A stretch of 64,000 bases of DNA from Somniosus microcephalus (taxonomy: Eukaryota), in contig CM126217.1 in assembly GCA_052327205.1 (NCBI GenBank), forward strand, positions 76,198,001 through 76,262,000. Direction: 5' to 3'. The notes below the pieces were generated by a model that saw only the letters and a program-made list of their open reading frames with translations, did not search any database and was not told where the DNA came from. Below are positions 22,046-35,619 of the stretch, one piece after another (position 1 is the first letter of the stretch; each line of letters starts with the position of its first letter). Position numbers and translations under genes: made by a program.

Positions 22046-25000
22046 ATTCAGGCTAGTATTTCTATAATGCAGTGCGCATCTAGCATATTCAAGTTATGTT
22101 GTCAGCTGCATCTCACTATGCCTCACCGTGAGCTCGGTGACAAAACAGCTTTGCATTCATTGAATCACAATGAAATTCTTGGTCTGCTACGTATCACATG
22201 ATCATTTGTCTTTCACTTTTGCAAGCTGTGCATCTTAGAATATACATACCACGTTGTTCTTCATGAATTCACGACGACAAACTTAGAGAATACCATTGTG
22301 CACATGCTCAGAGCTTCGTTCTCCAGGTAGTCAATTTTTTTAATGTCACGAGAGAGCAGATGGCAGTGGCAAAATTTGAAACATTCCCAGGTGACTCAAT
22401 GGATATAATGTATTTTCACAGGATTGAAGTTATGTTACATCTTGTGCGTAGCCCAACCAATGTGAGATGCCCTTGTCTTGTTCCTTGGATTTTCAGTGTC
22501 CTCAAGAGTCAGGTTGGAACCTGGCTGTTGAGAGTCACACTGCTGCTTTCACATTGATGTACATCAGAAACCCTTTGTATCAATACAAAAGTGGTAGTAT
22601 ACTGGCACTGATAAATTGCCCAGTCTTTATTCTCATTGTGATGTAATCTGAAGCCCTTAATTGTATTTTCCTGATAGTCATCCAGTATCCTCTCTGTTAT
22701 GGGAAGAATGGGTCTCTCTCAATTTGTGGATTAAGCGTGCAAGTCTTGTACAACAATCGATCGTGTGCCCCATCTCTTGAGTTGAAAACAGCCCAATTCC
22801 TCCCAGAATGCCATTGTTTACCACTGTGTTCAAGTCTGTACAACCTCATTTACGTAATGCTGTGAACAATGTTTTAGATACATTGCTGCTTGAAAGTTAT
22901 GGGGAGTCTGACAACTAACTGCTGTCACTCATAAACAATAGCTCCTGTAATCTCTCTTATGCAAGACATTAAAATACTGAATTATATATTCATTTCATGC
23001 CAGCGTTCAAAAACTATCCTTGATTTCTGAATCCAGATTCTGCTGGAAGTTCCAACCTATGAAGTCTAGGAGCTAAATTGAACTCCCATCAAATACATTT
23101 ATAAATTCTGTTATTGAATATAACCAAAACATAATAATATAACTGAAGGTGCAACAATTACACATCTTGAACCGTGCTTTATTTGCAACTTTGGTTAAAA
23201 ATCTTACCCTCCCCTCCCCTCCCCAAAAGTCCAACTATTCAGTAAGTTATGTTGAGAAAGATTATTTGGCGACAGTTTGGAGAGATCTTGTAAATAAAAA
23301 AAAGTAAACTGATAGTGATTTTTCAACCTCTTCAACTCTTAATTTTTATCTTTAATGATTTTTTTTGCACTGCCAACAGTGGCATGAATTTCAGATTAGT
23401 AGTTATGAAATTAATCCAATCACTCAAGCGTTTGGATCAGGATATACATTGAATAGTACCAAGCTGCCTGCATGATTGCATACAGTTAAGAATGTGGCCA
23501 GCATGGAATGACAGTTTAGATTAGACAGCACAGCAGACTGATTTGAATGAATTTTCATCAGTGTTAACTTTAAACTGGAATTATGAGTTGCGATGCTTAT
23601 CAGCATCTAACACTGCACCAAATTAATTTCCAGTGTTTAGGACTGAGCTCAACATAGAGCAGCAGATTAAAAAGTAGGTTTTTGAATTCTACTAATAAGC
23701 AATCATTAGCAGGTCAACCCATTGTGAACACATTGTGTAGAGCAAGATAACTCTAGTCATATGCAAATACATTTTAAGCCGTATTCCCAGTGCTGGTTGT
23801 TAATATGTAGTAATTGAAATTGTTAATAGCACTAAGGGATAATATTTCTAAGCTGGTGCATTATAATAATGAAAAACACCTCAAAATGTTTCCTGAAGAT
23901 TTCTTTTCTTTGTAATTAAATGTGATGACATATTTAGTTGCTATAATTTTAGATTTAAAGTTGAAATCTGGAGATGTTAACATGTAAAAAATATCCAGTA
24001 TACTATACAATGTAAACGGTGTGTCTGTTCTAATGACGTATGTAGTAATTGGTTGGGGAATTATAATGTGCTAATACAATTTTCTGTTATTCTCAAACAA
24101 CAGGTTTTTGGAAACTTGCATTAAGTGATTTAATGTATTTCTCTTGGATCAGACACTTTGGCAGTAACCTTGGTGTTTTGAGTCAAATATGTCAGCCACC
24201 TATCAGAAGCCAGATGGGTGCTTTATCAATATTCCTGTCAGCTCTGGTATTACATGCAGTAAATTTGCTGATATGATTAGAAAGTCTTGTTACTTTTCTC
24301 TGTTTCCCTTCTGTTTGTAACACTGTTTCCTTTTTGGTTTCCCGACACTGGTGAAATCATGCTAAAACGATTACAACATTTTTTCTCGTATTTAATGCAA
24401 ATAAATATCAAAGCCATTTCCTTTTAAAATTGCCCAATTGAATGCTAGATGAGCAAATCTTGAGAGGTTAGGGACATTTAATACTGAATCATCTGTAGTG
24501 TATCCTGAGTTGCTATTTGCTATGGTGCCCAATGAGCAACTTTCATAGCTGAAGAAACAGTTTAGTACATTGCAAATTCTTGACAGTAGTTACACTCCAC
24601 TGCCAAAATATACTAGAAAAAGGTCATGCATCTCATATAAGCCTCTCTTCTCACTAAGCTAGAAATTGTTCTTAACATCTGTTTAAAAATAGTTGGCATG
24701 ATGTTTATAACTAAAAGCTCTATTTTTAATACAAGGGGTTCTGCGATTCTTTTTAAAGCCCAAAATTCTTCTTAAGCAATTGTTTTGAGTTATTGAAATT
24801 ACAACAGAAAAAATCCATTTAAGAAATTATAAACCAGCACAAAAATAATTTCCTTTTTAGAGTGTCATTACTAATCAGGAAGCACATATGTATTAAGAGC
24901 TGGTATGGTAATATCATTGAGCAAGGGTGATAAAAGACAGAGCACAGCAAGTTAAATGCACTGTCAGATACCTTTCTGTTAAGCTGTTTGAAGACCTAAA

Positions 25001-26296
25001 GTTTATTTATACTAGCTAGAAAGAGATCTAGTATTAGGCATATCTGAAAAACAGAAATAAACTATAAATTGTTAAAAAGGAACCATTATCTGAGTCAAAA
25101 CGTGTGTAATTCTTTTTTTATCTCTTTCAACACCACATATGTATGTTTGGGTTTGAAAACGGTGGCTTCAAATAATTTGAGTAAATATTGTTCGGTTTAA
25201 ATATATAATTATATTTCAATAGAGCTTTACAACAAAGCTACAGTAAATCTCTTCCACTAATAATCAAGGTCACTGGTTTGCAGTTTCCATGGCAAAATGC
25301 ACAGACTTGTAGAATGCTCTCCCCAAAACACTGGTTAAAATTTTGGAATCCCATATAATAAAAAGAGTTTGATTGATTCAATCACTGTAAATCAACAGAT
25401 GGAATTGTGGAATGCTACCCCAAAACACCACTTAAAAATCCCAGAATCTGTGTAACAAAAAGGGCATTTGATTTATCCAGTCATTGCAAAGGAGTGGCCC
25501 TGCTTATAATGATTCCACTCAAGTTATAGAGGAAGACAACTGGGAAGAGTTCACTTGTTCTCAGCTGTTCTTCCCGGACCTAATGATTTTAACTGATGTT
25601 CCCATGTCGAATGTCTGGATTCTGGAATAGAATCGACCTGCAATTGCTTTTAAAACAGTGGAACGGAGTGAAGGAGATACAATAGCATTGCTGCACTCCA
25701 AAGAATTGGACAGTTATCAACTGGGGGGGTTCCAGTGCATGATTGGTTATTGTACTCAATTCTCCTTGCACAGTAATAGATTGTGTGCTCAGTCCCACTT
25801 GTTGAAAACAGAATGTTTTTTCTCATGTCTAATCTTAATAGGATACGGTTTTTACACCTGCCAAATTTGTAGCTAAGTAAACACTCGAGTTTGCACTATG
25901 TGAGTTATTGACAAAGATGTAACTTAGCATGACAGTAATCTTTTTGGTCAAGAACCAACTTGCATTCAGAGAATCTTTATTATCCACTGGGCCACAGATT
26001 TACTTTATTGTGTGCTCATCCTGGCGAGGGACGTCGGGGCTGGGTAATGATCAGAATAAAGCAATCTCATATCGGCTATAATCCAGGCATGTGCAAAAGA
26101 AGCTTCTTTCTATCCTGCTGCAATAATGCATCTGAACCCAACTTGGAAAGAACCCCTACTGCACAAGTGTAAATGTTCTAATTTCCCCACACTGTCCATT
26201 CTTGTAGTCCCTCTTCCTCAGGATACAGTTACATTACACTAAAGTTACTTGAAGCAAATCCCTTTCCAGTTTGCTGTGGTTCAGGAGCTAATTTAC

Positions 26297-26600
26297 ATGA
26301 GATGTTAATCTGAGGCCCTGTCTGCCCTCTCAGGTGGACGTAAGAGATCCCACGGCACTATTTTGAAGAAGAGCGGGGAGCTCTCCCCAGTGTGCTGGCC
26401 AATATTTATCCCTCAACCAACACCTGAAAACAGATTAATCTTATTGCTGTTTATGGGACCTTGCTGTGCACAAATTGGCTGCCACGTTTCCCACATTACA
26501 ACAGTTGACAACATTTCAAAAGTACTTCATTGGCTTTAAAACGCTTTGGGTCGCCCCGAGGTTGTGAAGGCCGCTTTGTAAGTATAAGTCTTTCTTTTTC
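26297..26600 (+). mobile_element. Deu-domain SINE, 5'-truncated
   Basis: ggcactattttgaagaagagc...ctggccaatatttatccctcaaccaac...caaattggctgcc, ending in a (tttc)n tail. Confidence 0.88.
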
Positions 26601-28314
26601 AGACAGCCAAAACACAACTCCCAATCTGAACCAATAACGTAGGAGGTATATGAACGCTAAAGTAATATCAACACTTTGGTCAGTAATGGCAGAGCTGGTG
26701 GATAGAACCCCAGTGGAAAAAAGCATAACAGTGGATTCATTTACTTTTATTCTGTGGGTAGATCATTCTGTACTGACTCAGCAAAGAATAATTTGGAAAA
26801 CAAACTACAGCATTTAGCAGGAGGAGCTTAAACATCAATTTTTGTTATGATGCTATGCCATTATAATGTCCCAGTGCTGCATGCGGGAAGAAATTTGAGC
26901 TGGGAAATCCAAGCTGCTCAAGACCTTGTTTTCACTATGGAAAGGGTCATGTGCTTCAGGTGTGAACCCATCAACTACTGAGGGGGAGGCAGAGATCAGT
27001 TCCAGGTCCCAAGTATCCTGAGGAATCAGATACTGATTTGGCCCGTGTTTACATTTCAACTTTAGCATCACAGCAATGTTAACGTTAGAGTATAAATGCA
27101 CCTTCAGAGAGACAGCCAATTTATTGCCCATTAGTAGTGAACTCACATTTTAAGTTGTGAGCTTGTAGTCACAAATATTTGGATTAGGGTTACTCAAACT
27201 GGTTTCGCTTATACTCTTAAGAGTTGCACCATCCAGATTTACTAAATTATGAATATTGTACCACAGAGTTGGGAACAGCATGAAAAAGGCTAATTTAAGA
27301 TTAAATAGATTGGACTTTCCTGTATCTACTTTTGCACAGTTGACAAAGTTAAATAAATTCCAGAAGTCTTTTTGTCTCTTTCATTGGAGATGTGGCAAAG
27401 GTTTTGAAATGCTGAAAAGTTTTTGCATAAAAACAATAGAATGGTAAGGAATTTATGGTGATGAGGCTCTCACTCTGAAAAATGAAAATAGGAAGTGCTT
27501 TGGTGAAACAAAAGATGAAGTTTTGCTATTATTACACTTTAAGATTTCATTATTACCTCAAACTGCTATCTACTTTATGTTTGTTCCTATCTGGTTTGCA
27601 TTTTGCCACTGATGACTGCACACATCAGACATCGGAGCTGGAGTAAAGTGTTGTGGATGCTATAGCTTCAATGTGTTGCTGTGCTTATTCACAGCATGAA
27701 CTGAGCTACTGGCGCATCTTTAACTGGGGAAAAATGCAAAGTAAGCGACCTCACCTGAAATTGATCCTCCAATGGCAGGAAACAATATTCCCGATCTTCA
27801 ACACTGTAGCTCTCATTCATTCATGTGGGTAAAGCCACTATTTAAAAAAAAAAAAAATCCTATTAGTATGAGCCTGGTATTGTGCAGCATAATGACATCA
27901 TGACGCTACATGCTGTGGTGGAGATGAAAGTGTTTAGTGGAGGAAAATAAAGTGTCTGCTGGTTTTATAGGATGCTTTTGAAGTAAAATAACTAAACAAT
28001 TATATTTGTACTATTGGGTAAACATAAAAGAGAATTCTTTGGATGTTTAATGCTAAAAATCATATATGAAGGCATTGTTTCTGATTTCATTTCATTCTCA
28101 CCACATGTATAATGCAATGGGGCTAAAAGGATGAAGGTAAAGAGGGTTGAAAGCAGAAGGTGTCTCATAAAACCGACTCATGAGCGCAGCCAGGTAGAAC
28201 TTGCGCCATCAGTGTTAATTGGCCAAGGATGGTTTCTTTTGATGGTGGTGTAAAATTCAAAAGTCATTTTTAAATGATTTTGGTGCTGCAACTGAGAATC
28301 TAGCATTATATCGT

Positions 28315-28478
28315 GTTTTACAGCACAGAAACAGGCCATTTGGTCCAACTGGTCTATGCCGCCGTTTATGCTGCACATGAGTCTCCTCCCACCTTACTTC
28401 ATCTTAGGCTATCGACATATCCTTCTATTCCTGTCTCTTCCATGTACTTATCTAGCGTCCCCTTAAATGCATCTATAG
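28315..28478 (-). mobile_element. CR1 3' UTR fragment
   Basis: cagcacagaaacaggccatttggtcc...ccccttaaatgcatctata, homologous to the end of the CR1 at 10155. Confidence 0.75.
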
Positions 28479-28576
28479 AATCTAAACAGAGGCAGTAAAT
28501 TCACTTTAAAATTATTAACACTGCTACATTGGAGAAGAAAGGATGGATGATTTTCCAGGACCATAATATACTCTGA

Positions 28577-29622
28577 AGGCTGGATTCTAATGATCGGGTA
28601 GTGGGGCAGCGGATGGGATGGGCCAGTTGCCCGATTCCTGAGGTGGGGTGTCCGTTCCATTTCCAGGGCTGGGCCTCATTAACATGTCGGCGGCAAGCTG
28701 TAAGCCCCAGTGTCCTGCCGCAGCTCACTGGCAGGAAGGTAGATCCGAGGGGTGGTGGTGGTGGTGGTGGGTGGGCAGAGGGTTATTGCGAACCTGGGCA
28801 GGGGGGAGCCTGAGCCGGCAGCGGCCCACATTTTTCATGTGGAGCCTGGAGGAGCACTGCTGCTCCTTCTAGCCCCACAGAAAATAATTTGAACACTTGC
28901 CTTTTCTGGCCTCTTCTGCTGTACTGCCAGGCCTTACTGAGGGAAGGGCCCACGGTGCATGCTGCTGCTGTTAAAATTGCATTGGTGTCCTAGATAAATC
29001 GTAGGACCCCAATTTGCATAGATTCATAAGAACAGAGGAATTAGGAGCAGGAACAGGAGTAAGCCATACGGCCCTTTGAGCCTGCTCTGCCATTCAATAA
29101 GATCTTGGCTGATCTTCGACTTCAACTCCACTTCCCTGCCCAATCCCCATATCCCTTGATTCCTGTAGCATCCAAAAATCTATCAATCTCAGCCTTGAAT
29201 ATACTCAACGACTCCGCTTCCACAGCCCTTTGGGGTAGAGAATTTCAAAGATTCACAAGCCTCTGAGTGAAGAAATTCCTCCTCATCTCAGTCTTAAATG
29301 GCCGACCCCTCATCCTGAGACTCTGCCCCCTGGTTCTAGACTCTCCTGCCAGGGGAAACTACCTCTCAGCATCTACCCTGTCAATCCCCCACTGAATCTT
29401 ATATGTTTCAATCAGATCACCTTTCATTCTTCTAAACTCCAGAGAGTATAGGTCCAATCTACTCAATCAGCTTCATGAGGCTCCTGCCTGCCTCAGATGG
29501 GTGCCTGCCTGGGCCACCCAGCAGATGCCCTCAGGAAAATGGCAGAGGAGCAGGAACTGGTTGGTAAGTCCACCACCTCCATTTTAACTCCCATTTTGCC
29601 GGGTGGAGGGAGTTAAGATCCC
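28577..29622. mobile_element. GC-rich Harbinger-like MITE remnant interrupted by a CR1
   Basis: Starts aggctggattctaa (compare gggctggatttt at 51034). The GC-rich body resumes after the CR1 at about 29470. Confidence 0.5.
29025..29468 (-). mobile_element. CR1 3' end fragment
   Basis: Tail cataagaacagaggaattaggagcagg; ctctgagtgaagaaattcct encodes RNFFTQR on the minus strand. Confidence 0.88.
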
Positions 29623-30076
29623 TCTTTAATAGTTGATTTGTGAAAGTGTAGCTGTGGTATGATTCCACATCTCACAAGGTCACCAAAATAAAATCACATG
29701 TTGGAATGTGCTAGGCATTCCTCTGCTTCCTCTAAAGGGACTACCCACACTAGGGTGTAAATGTAGAAAAATATATTGAATAAAAAAGACTTACATATAA
29801 TCTGCACTGACATTTCTCAGCACTTTTGTTGATTGCATAATTACTTGTATGTTAAGTAGCTGATCCACTCGTATTATATCACACATATGGGCACCTATTA
29901 GCTGTCCTTATTCATATCCACAGAGAGGAAATGGTGGTTTGGTTTCCACACTGCTGAACCTGCACCCATTTAAGTATCAAGGAGTTTAGCTTTATCAACA
30001 TCAAAAAGGAATGCCTCAACATATATTGTAATATAGCAATGTTTTTAATATGGATATCATTCCTCATGTATACAAA

Positions 30077-30548
30077 GTGTCAGCTGTGGCTCAGTTGGCA
30101 GCACCCTCACCTCTGAGTCAGAAGGTTGTGGGTTCATAGTCCCACTCCAGGGACTTGAGCACATAAAGCTAGGCTGACACTCCAGTGCAGTGCTGAGGGA
30201 GCGCTGCACTGTTGGAGGTGCTGTCTTTCAGATGAGATGTTAAACCAAGTCTGCTCTCTCAGTTGGATATAAAAGATTCCATGGCACTATTTCGAAGAGG
30301 AGCAGGGGAGTTACCCCCGGTGTCCTGGCCAATATTTATCCCTCAACCAACATAACAAAAACAGATTATCTGGTCATTATCACATTGCTGTTTGTGGGAG
30401 CTTGCTGTGCACAAATTGGCTGCCGCGTTTCCTACATTACAACAGTGACTACACTCCAAAAAAAAAAAGTACTTCATCGGCTGTAAAGTGCTTTGAGATG
30501 TCCGGTGGTCATGAAAGGCGCTATATAAATGCAAGTCTTTCTTTCTTT
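30077..30548 (+). mobile_element. Full-length tRNA-derived Deu-domain SINE (SacSINE1-like)
   Basis: A box tggctcagttgg, B-box-like ggttcatagtcc, a Deu-type core and an L2-like tail gcgctatataaatgcaagtctttctttcttt. Confidence 0.9.
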
Positions 30549-31104
30549 AACTAATAAACAGAGCATTTGCAAGAACCTGAAACTAAACATCAGCTGACAA
30601 ATTTTGATTAAAAATGTCAACATATTTTAAATAGAAGTAAAAAGAAACTAAATCACAATGTTCTATATTCCCACCATCCTCAATATTTTCTATGTACCTT
30701 TCCTCCATGTCAATTGAACCCTTGTGTTTGGCCAAGAGTTGGACAGTCGGCCTGTTGCCTCGCAACTACCAATGCTACTCGTAAATTGCCCAATAAGGTA
30801 CGTGGAATAGGGTCGGTTCACTTTCCAGTCGTTCTCCTACACCTCTGGAGAATCCCATATTTCATCTTGTGACCACTCCAGACAGCCTGGCTGAGATTGA
30901 GAAATCCTTCCATAAACAATCACAAAGGTAGAAGTTATATGTTTCCATTCTGTGGTGTGCTAATGCAGTGTACCACCAGGCTGGTTACTTGATTACTCTC
31001 TTGAACCAGCGAGTTGAATTGGATTGGTAATTCAACATGAGCAATCGAGTTAACTTCATGCAGATACCAAAGACAGTGCAAATTACAGCAGAGCTAAAAC
31101 AAAA

Positions 31105-32541
31105 CCTTTCTTAGATACAGGGGTGGTGCCAGAGGACTGGAGAATTGCAAAAAAAGGCGTAAGGATAAACCCAGGAACCATAGGCTAGTCAGTTTAACCT
31201 TAGTAGTGGGGAAGCTTTTAGAAACGATAATCAGGGACAAAATTAACAGTCACTTGGACAAGTGAGGATTAATTAAGGAAAGCCATCACAGATATGTTAA
31301 GGGAAAATCATGTTTAACTAACTTGATTGAGTTTTTTGATGAGGTAACAGAGAGGGTTGATGAGGGCAATATACATGGATTTCCAAAAGGCGTTTGATAA
31401 AGTGCCACATAATGGGCTTGGCTGCAAAGTTGAAGCCCATGGAATAAAAGGGACCGTGGCAGCTTGGATATGAAATTGGCTAAGTGACAGGAAACAGAGA
31501 TTAGTGGTGAACAGTTGTCTTTTGGACTGGAGGAAGGTATACAGACAGTGTTGTTCCCCAGGGGTCGGTTCTAGGACCACGGCTTTTCTTGATATATGTT
31601 AATGACTTGGACTTGGGTGTACAGGGCACAATTTCAAAGTTTGCAAATGACACAAAACTTGGAAGTATAGTGAACAGTGAGGAGGATAGTGATAGACTTC
31701 AAGAAGACATAGAGAAGCTCGTGGAATGGGCGGACACATGGCAGATGAAATTTAACGCAGAAAAGTGCGAAGTGATACATTTTGGTAGAAAGAATGAGGA
31801 GAGGAAATATAAACTAAAGGGTACAATCCTAAAGGGGGCGCATGAACAGAGAGACCTGGGGGTACATGTGCACAAATCATTGAAGATGGCAGGACAGGTT
31901 GAGAAAGCGGTTAAAAAAACATACGGGATCCTGGGCTTCATAAATAGAGGCATAGAGTACAAAAGCGTGGAAGTTATGATGAACCTTTATAAAACACTGG
32001 TTCGGTCTCAACTGGAGTAGGAAGGATGTGAAGGCCTTAGAGAGGGTGCAGAAAAGATTTACAAGAATGGTTCCAGGGATGAGGGACTTCAGTTACGTGA
32101 ACAGACTAGAGAAGCTAGGGTTGTTCTCCTTAGAGCAAAGAAGGTTGAGAGGAGATTTGATAGAGGTGTTCAAAACCATGAGGGTTCTAGACAGAGTAGA
32201 TAGAGAGAAACTGTTCCCATTGACAGAAGGGTCGAGAACCAGAGGACACAGATTTAAGGTGATTGGCAGAGGAACCAAAGGCAACATGAGGGAAAAACTT
32301 TTTTACGCAGCGAGTGGTTATGATCTGGAATGCACTGCCTGAAAGGGTGGTGGAAGCAGACTCAATTACGGCTTTCAAAATGGAGTTGGATACGTACCTG
32401 AAGGAAAAAAAATTGCAGGGCTACAGAGAAAGGGTGGGAAGTGGGACTATCTGAAGTGCTCTTGCAGAGAGCTGGCACGGGCTTGACAGGCCGAATGGCC
32501 TCCTTCTGTGCTGTAACCATTCTTTGATTCTATGATTTTAT
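31105..32541 (+). mobile_element. CR1 LINE, 5'-truncated and degenerate
   Basis: IYVNDLDLGVQGTISKFANDTKLG, WQMKFNAEKCEVIHFG and LGLFSLEQRRLRGDLIEVFK; tail attctttgattctatgattttatg. Confidence 0.95.
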
Positions 32542-32739
32542 GAAACTATATACATAATCAGTATATTAGAATGATGAAAATGTAACAAAACATAGAAAAC
32601 TATATGTTCAGTCAACTTAGTAACTGCAGACTTGGCAGATATATTTATCTAGCTGCAGTCCAGTTATTTTGTGTTCAACTTGAACATCCTTAATTTCACC
32701 ACTGACCTTACCAATCATGTAGTCATTTGGAGAGCTTTT

Positions 32740-33099
32740 GGGCAGCACGGTGGCATAGTGGTTAGCACTGTTGCCTCACAGCGCCAGGGACCCGGGTTCG
32801 AATCCGGCCTCGGGCGACTGTCTGTGTGGAGTTTGCACATTCTCCCCGTGTTTGCGTGGGTTTCCTCCGGGTGCTCCGGTTTCCTCCCACAGTCCAAAGA
32901 TGTGCAGGTTAGGTTGATTGGCTATGATAAAAAATTGACCCTTAGTGTTAGGGGGATTAAATACGTGGGGTTATGGGGATAGGGTGGGATATGTGTTGGT
33001 GTAGGGGTTACGGGGATCGGGTGGGATATGTGTCGGTGCAGGCTCGATGGGCCGAAATGGCCTCTATCTGCACTGTGGGGTTTCTGTGATTTCTGTGAT
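32740..33099 (+). mobile_element. HE1-like V-SINE, full length
   Basis: tRNA head (tggcatagtgg, ggttcgaatcc), V-domain gtggagtttgcacattctccccgtg...gggtttcctccgggtgctccggtttcctcccac, and CR1-derived tail gatgggccgaaatggcct...(tttctgtga)2. Confidence 0.9.
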
Positions 33100-34554
33100 A
33101 TTAGGCATGAGGCATTCTTTGGATCTCGTGCTGTTACGTTTAGCAGCTGCCTCATCTGTTAGATTAAGGGACTTGCCATTGGCAGACAGTACCGTGACAA
33201 GATCAATGTCTAGAGGGGATTTTCTTCTATCTAAAATTAAGATTAATTATGGCGAGAATTTATTTTGTTACTACGGATTGCACCTGTGAAATTTGATTTT
33301 TCCCGTTCATCAGGAATTTGTCTGTACTATCATCCATCTTCAAGATTTCTGCATATAAGCATCTTTATTTGCTGTACTATGAATGCAATTAGAGGGTTGC
33401 TTATACTGTCTCTCTAGTATTAAGGTAACCTGTGGCTTACTATATTTTTACTAGTCATATATAACATTGACTGTTTCTTATTAAAATGGCCATATAACTA
33501 AATTTTCCAGTAGTTCCATCTTTATAATTACATGCAAAACTGTGTCATGTTACAATTAGCTTTTTAGATAATCTTGCAGTATATTATTATTGTTAGTGTC
33601 TTGTATGTGAAGTACATACATGAAGTGTACAGTTGTAATTGTTTCCATGGGAAGTGCTCATCATAGCATTAAGACTACAATCCCATATGGTGTCTAGACA
33701 GTAACTGCATAAAGTCCTTTGTGATTTTTTCCCCCAGTTTTAGACACAGCATTTGGGGTGTTCTGTATTGGTTTTGGAAGTTCTCTCAAAGAAACAATCA
33801 GAAAAACCTCTGTTCTTCCTACATAGCCTTTGATTAGAGCTTAATGTTGCAAGTACCACAATGCGGATGTTTGGTCGTTTAAGTTGGGCATTGATGTGCT
33901 GGAGGGAACTTATACTCTTATGGTTTCAAAGATTGTTTTATTTGTGAATGCATTTCTGTGCAGGCAGGGGAGTTGCTAATTGTGGGTATCATTTTGCATG
34001 AATGTTTTATGAATAGTTTCATAAAGCTGTCAAAACAAATCTGTTTGTTCCTTTTGTGGTCAGGTACTGCTGATTTCACAATCAAAAATCAGGCTTCTGA
34101 CTAAATCAAATGATTGCATTGTCTCATTCTTTAAAGGGCACCATCTTCTCAAACCTGACACCTGCAGATTGGAGAGGTTGTGGTTTGACAGAACAGTAGG
34201 GTTTAGTCTTTATTTGAAGCCCTTCTTTCAAAAGGCGACTGACAGAATAATTGACTTTTTTTTTAGAAAATGCACGCTCTTGAACACTTATTGCAGTAAA
34301 GCAGTGTATCTACAGTCCATGTGATGGATCTCTTTTGGAGGTTATTGGCAAACATTCCTCTTGTTTAGTTCCCAAGACTGGTTCAATTCAAAGTTATAGT
34401 TCTTCTCATAAGCCACACAGCCAGAGGCCAATTGCTCATACAGTATACAATATAAGACAGCTATATAAATCACCTCTGTCATTTGAGATAGTGACTTAAT
34501 AGCCCTGATATTCATTATTTATTTACTTATTTATTCTTTGATTTTCAGATAGTG

Positions 34555-34735
34555 AGGCTAGAAACTACCATTCAGGATATTAAAACTTAATGTTGTATTC
34601 TGTAAGTTAATTTAATGTAGCAATTAACCCATTTAGATTAAATGGGTTAGTTCCTCCATTAAATGACAGAGATAAATGACATATAAGCATGTTAAGTATT
34701 CATCCACTATTATTGCCAACAGTAATTTCTAGCCT
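34555..34735. mobile_element. Palindromic MITE related to 20654-20883
   Basis: TIRs aggctagaaa and tttctagcct; central hairpin taacccattta-gat-taaatgggtta. Confidence 0.65.
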
Positions 34736-35619
34736 ATGTAAGGAAGCATGGAATGAAAAAGTTTGTTCAGCTCATCAGGCTAGTTCCTTCTATGGATTAT
34801 GTAAATCCATTCTCTACCTAACCCATTAAATCTGCTCAGTTAAACACATTACTGCATCTGTCAGATGGTCTGGATGTGATTTGAGCTCATTGTCAAGGTG
34901 AATCTAGGGTCTCTCCAAAACACTGTTGGTACTTCAACTCAGTGAATCACCATCTACCCTTATAATTAACTTCTCAGATCTGAGAATATTGTGATTTTAA
35001 AAAGGAATCCATTACTTGTCAAAATTTATTATAACTATATTGCATTTTTTAAGCTTGTAGTTTTTCTTTTGAAAGAAAGCTCAAAATTCACTTCATTTGC
35101 TTTAATGGACATTTTCACAAAGGTATTTTCTAGTCTATTGTGAAGTTTGAGTTCAGTCAGCAGAATACTAACTCCAATTGGCAACATTCAACATTGCACA
35201 TGCTGGGCTGCTGACTGTTCATTTGAGAAGGTTTGTTCAATCTCATTTTTCAGAAAGTACTAGATCATTGGGAAAAATGGCATTCTGATAGCGTCTACTA
35301 AGCTGAGAGAAAGCCTATGAGAACATTCTTCTGAGGTCCACAGCTATTTTGTATTACAACAGTGTCATGGTAGCATCTATTAGTGAGTCTCTTCAGCATG
35401 ATATAATGCTCAGCCCAGTGACAGAAATGCATTTTTAACAACAATTGTTCTAGTGCTTGAGGCTCTGCAAAGTAAATGGAGTGTGCAATTAATTGGAAAA
35501 TGTGAAGTTTGGTCTGTCAAAGGGTTGTATCTATCAGATCCTATTGAAGTATTTCAATAGGGTTTGATGCACACCTTTAAAAGAGCGGATAGCCCATATA
35601 TGGGGCCATGTCCATTATT

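Noticed and set aside
32740-32815. tRNA gene (also the heads at 30077, 43091 and 59148)
   Set aside because: The A and B boxes continue into SINE cores and LINE-derived tails, so these are SINE heads.
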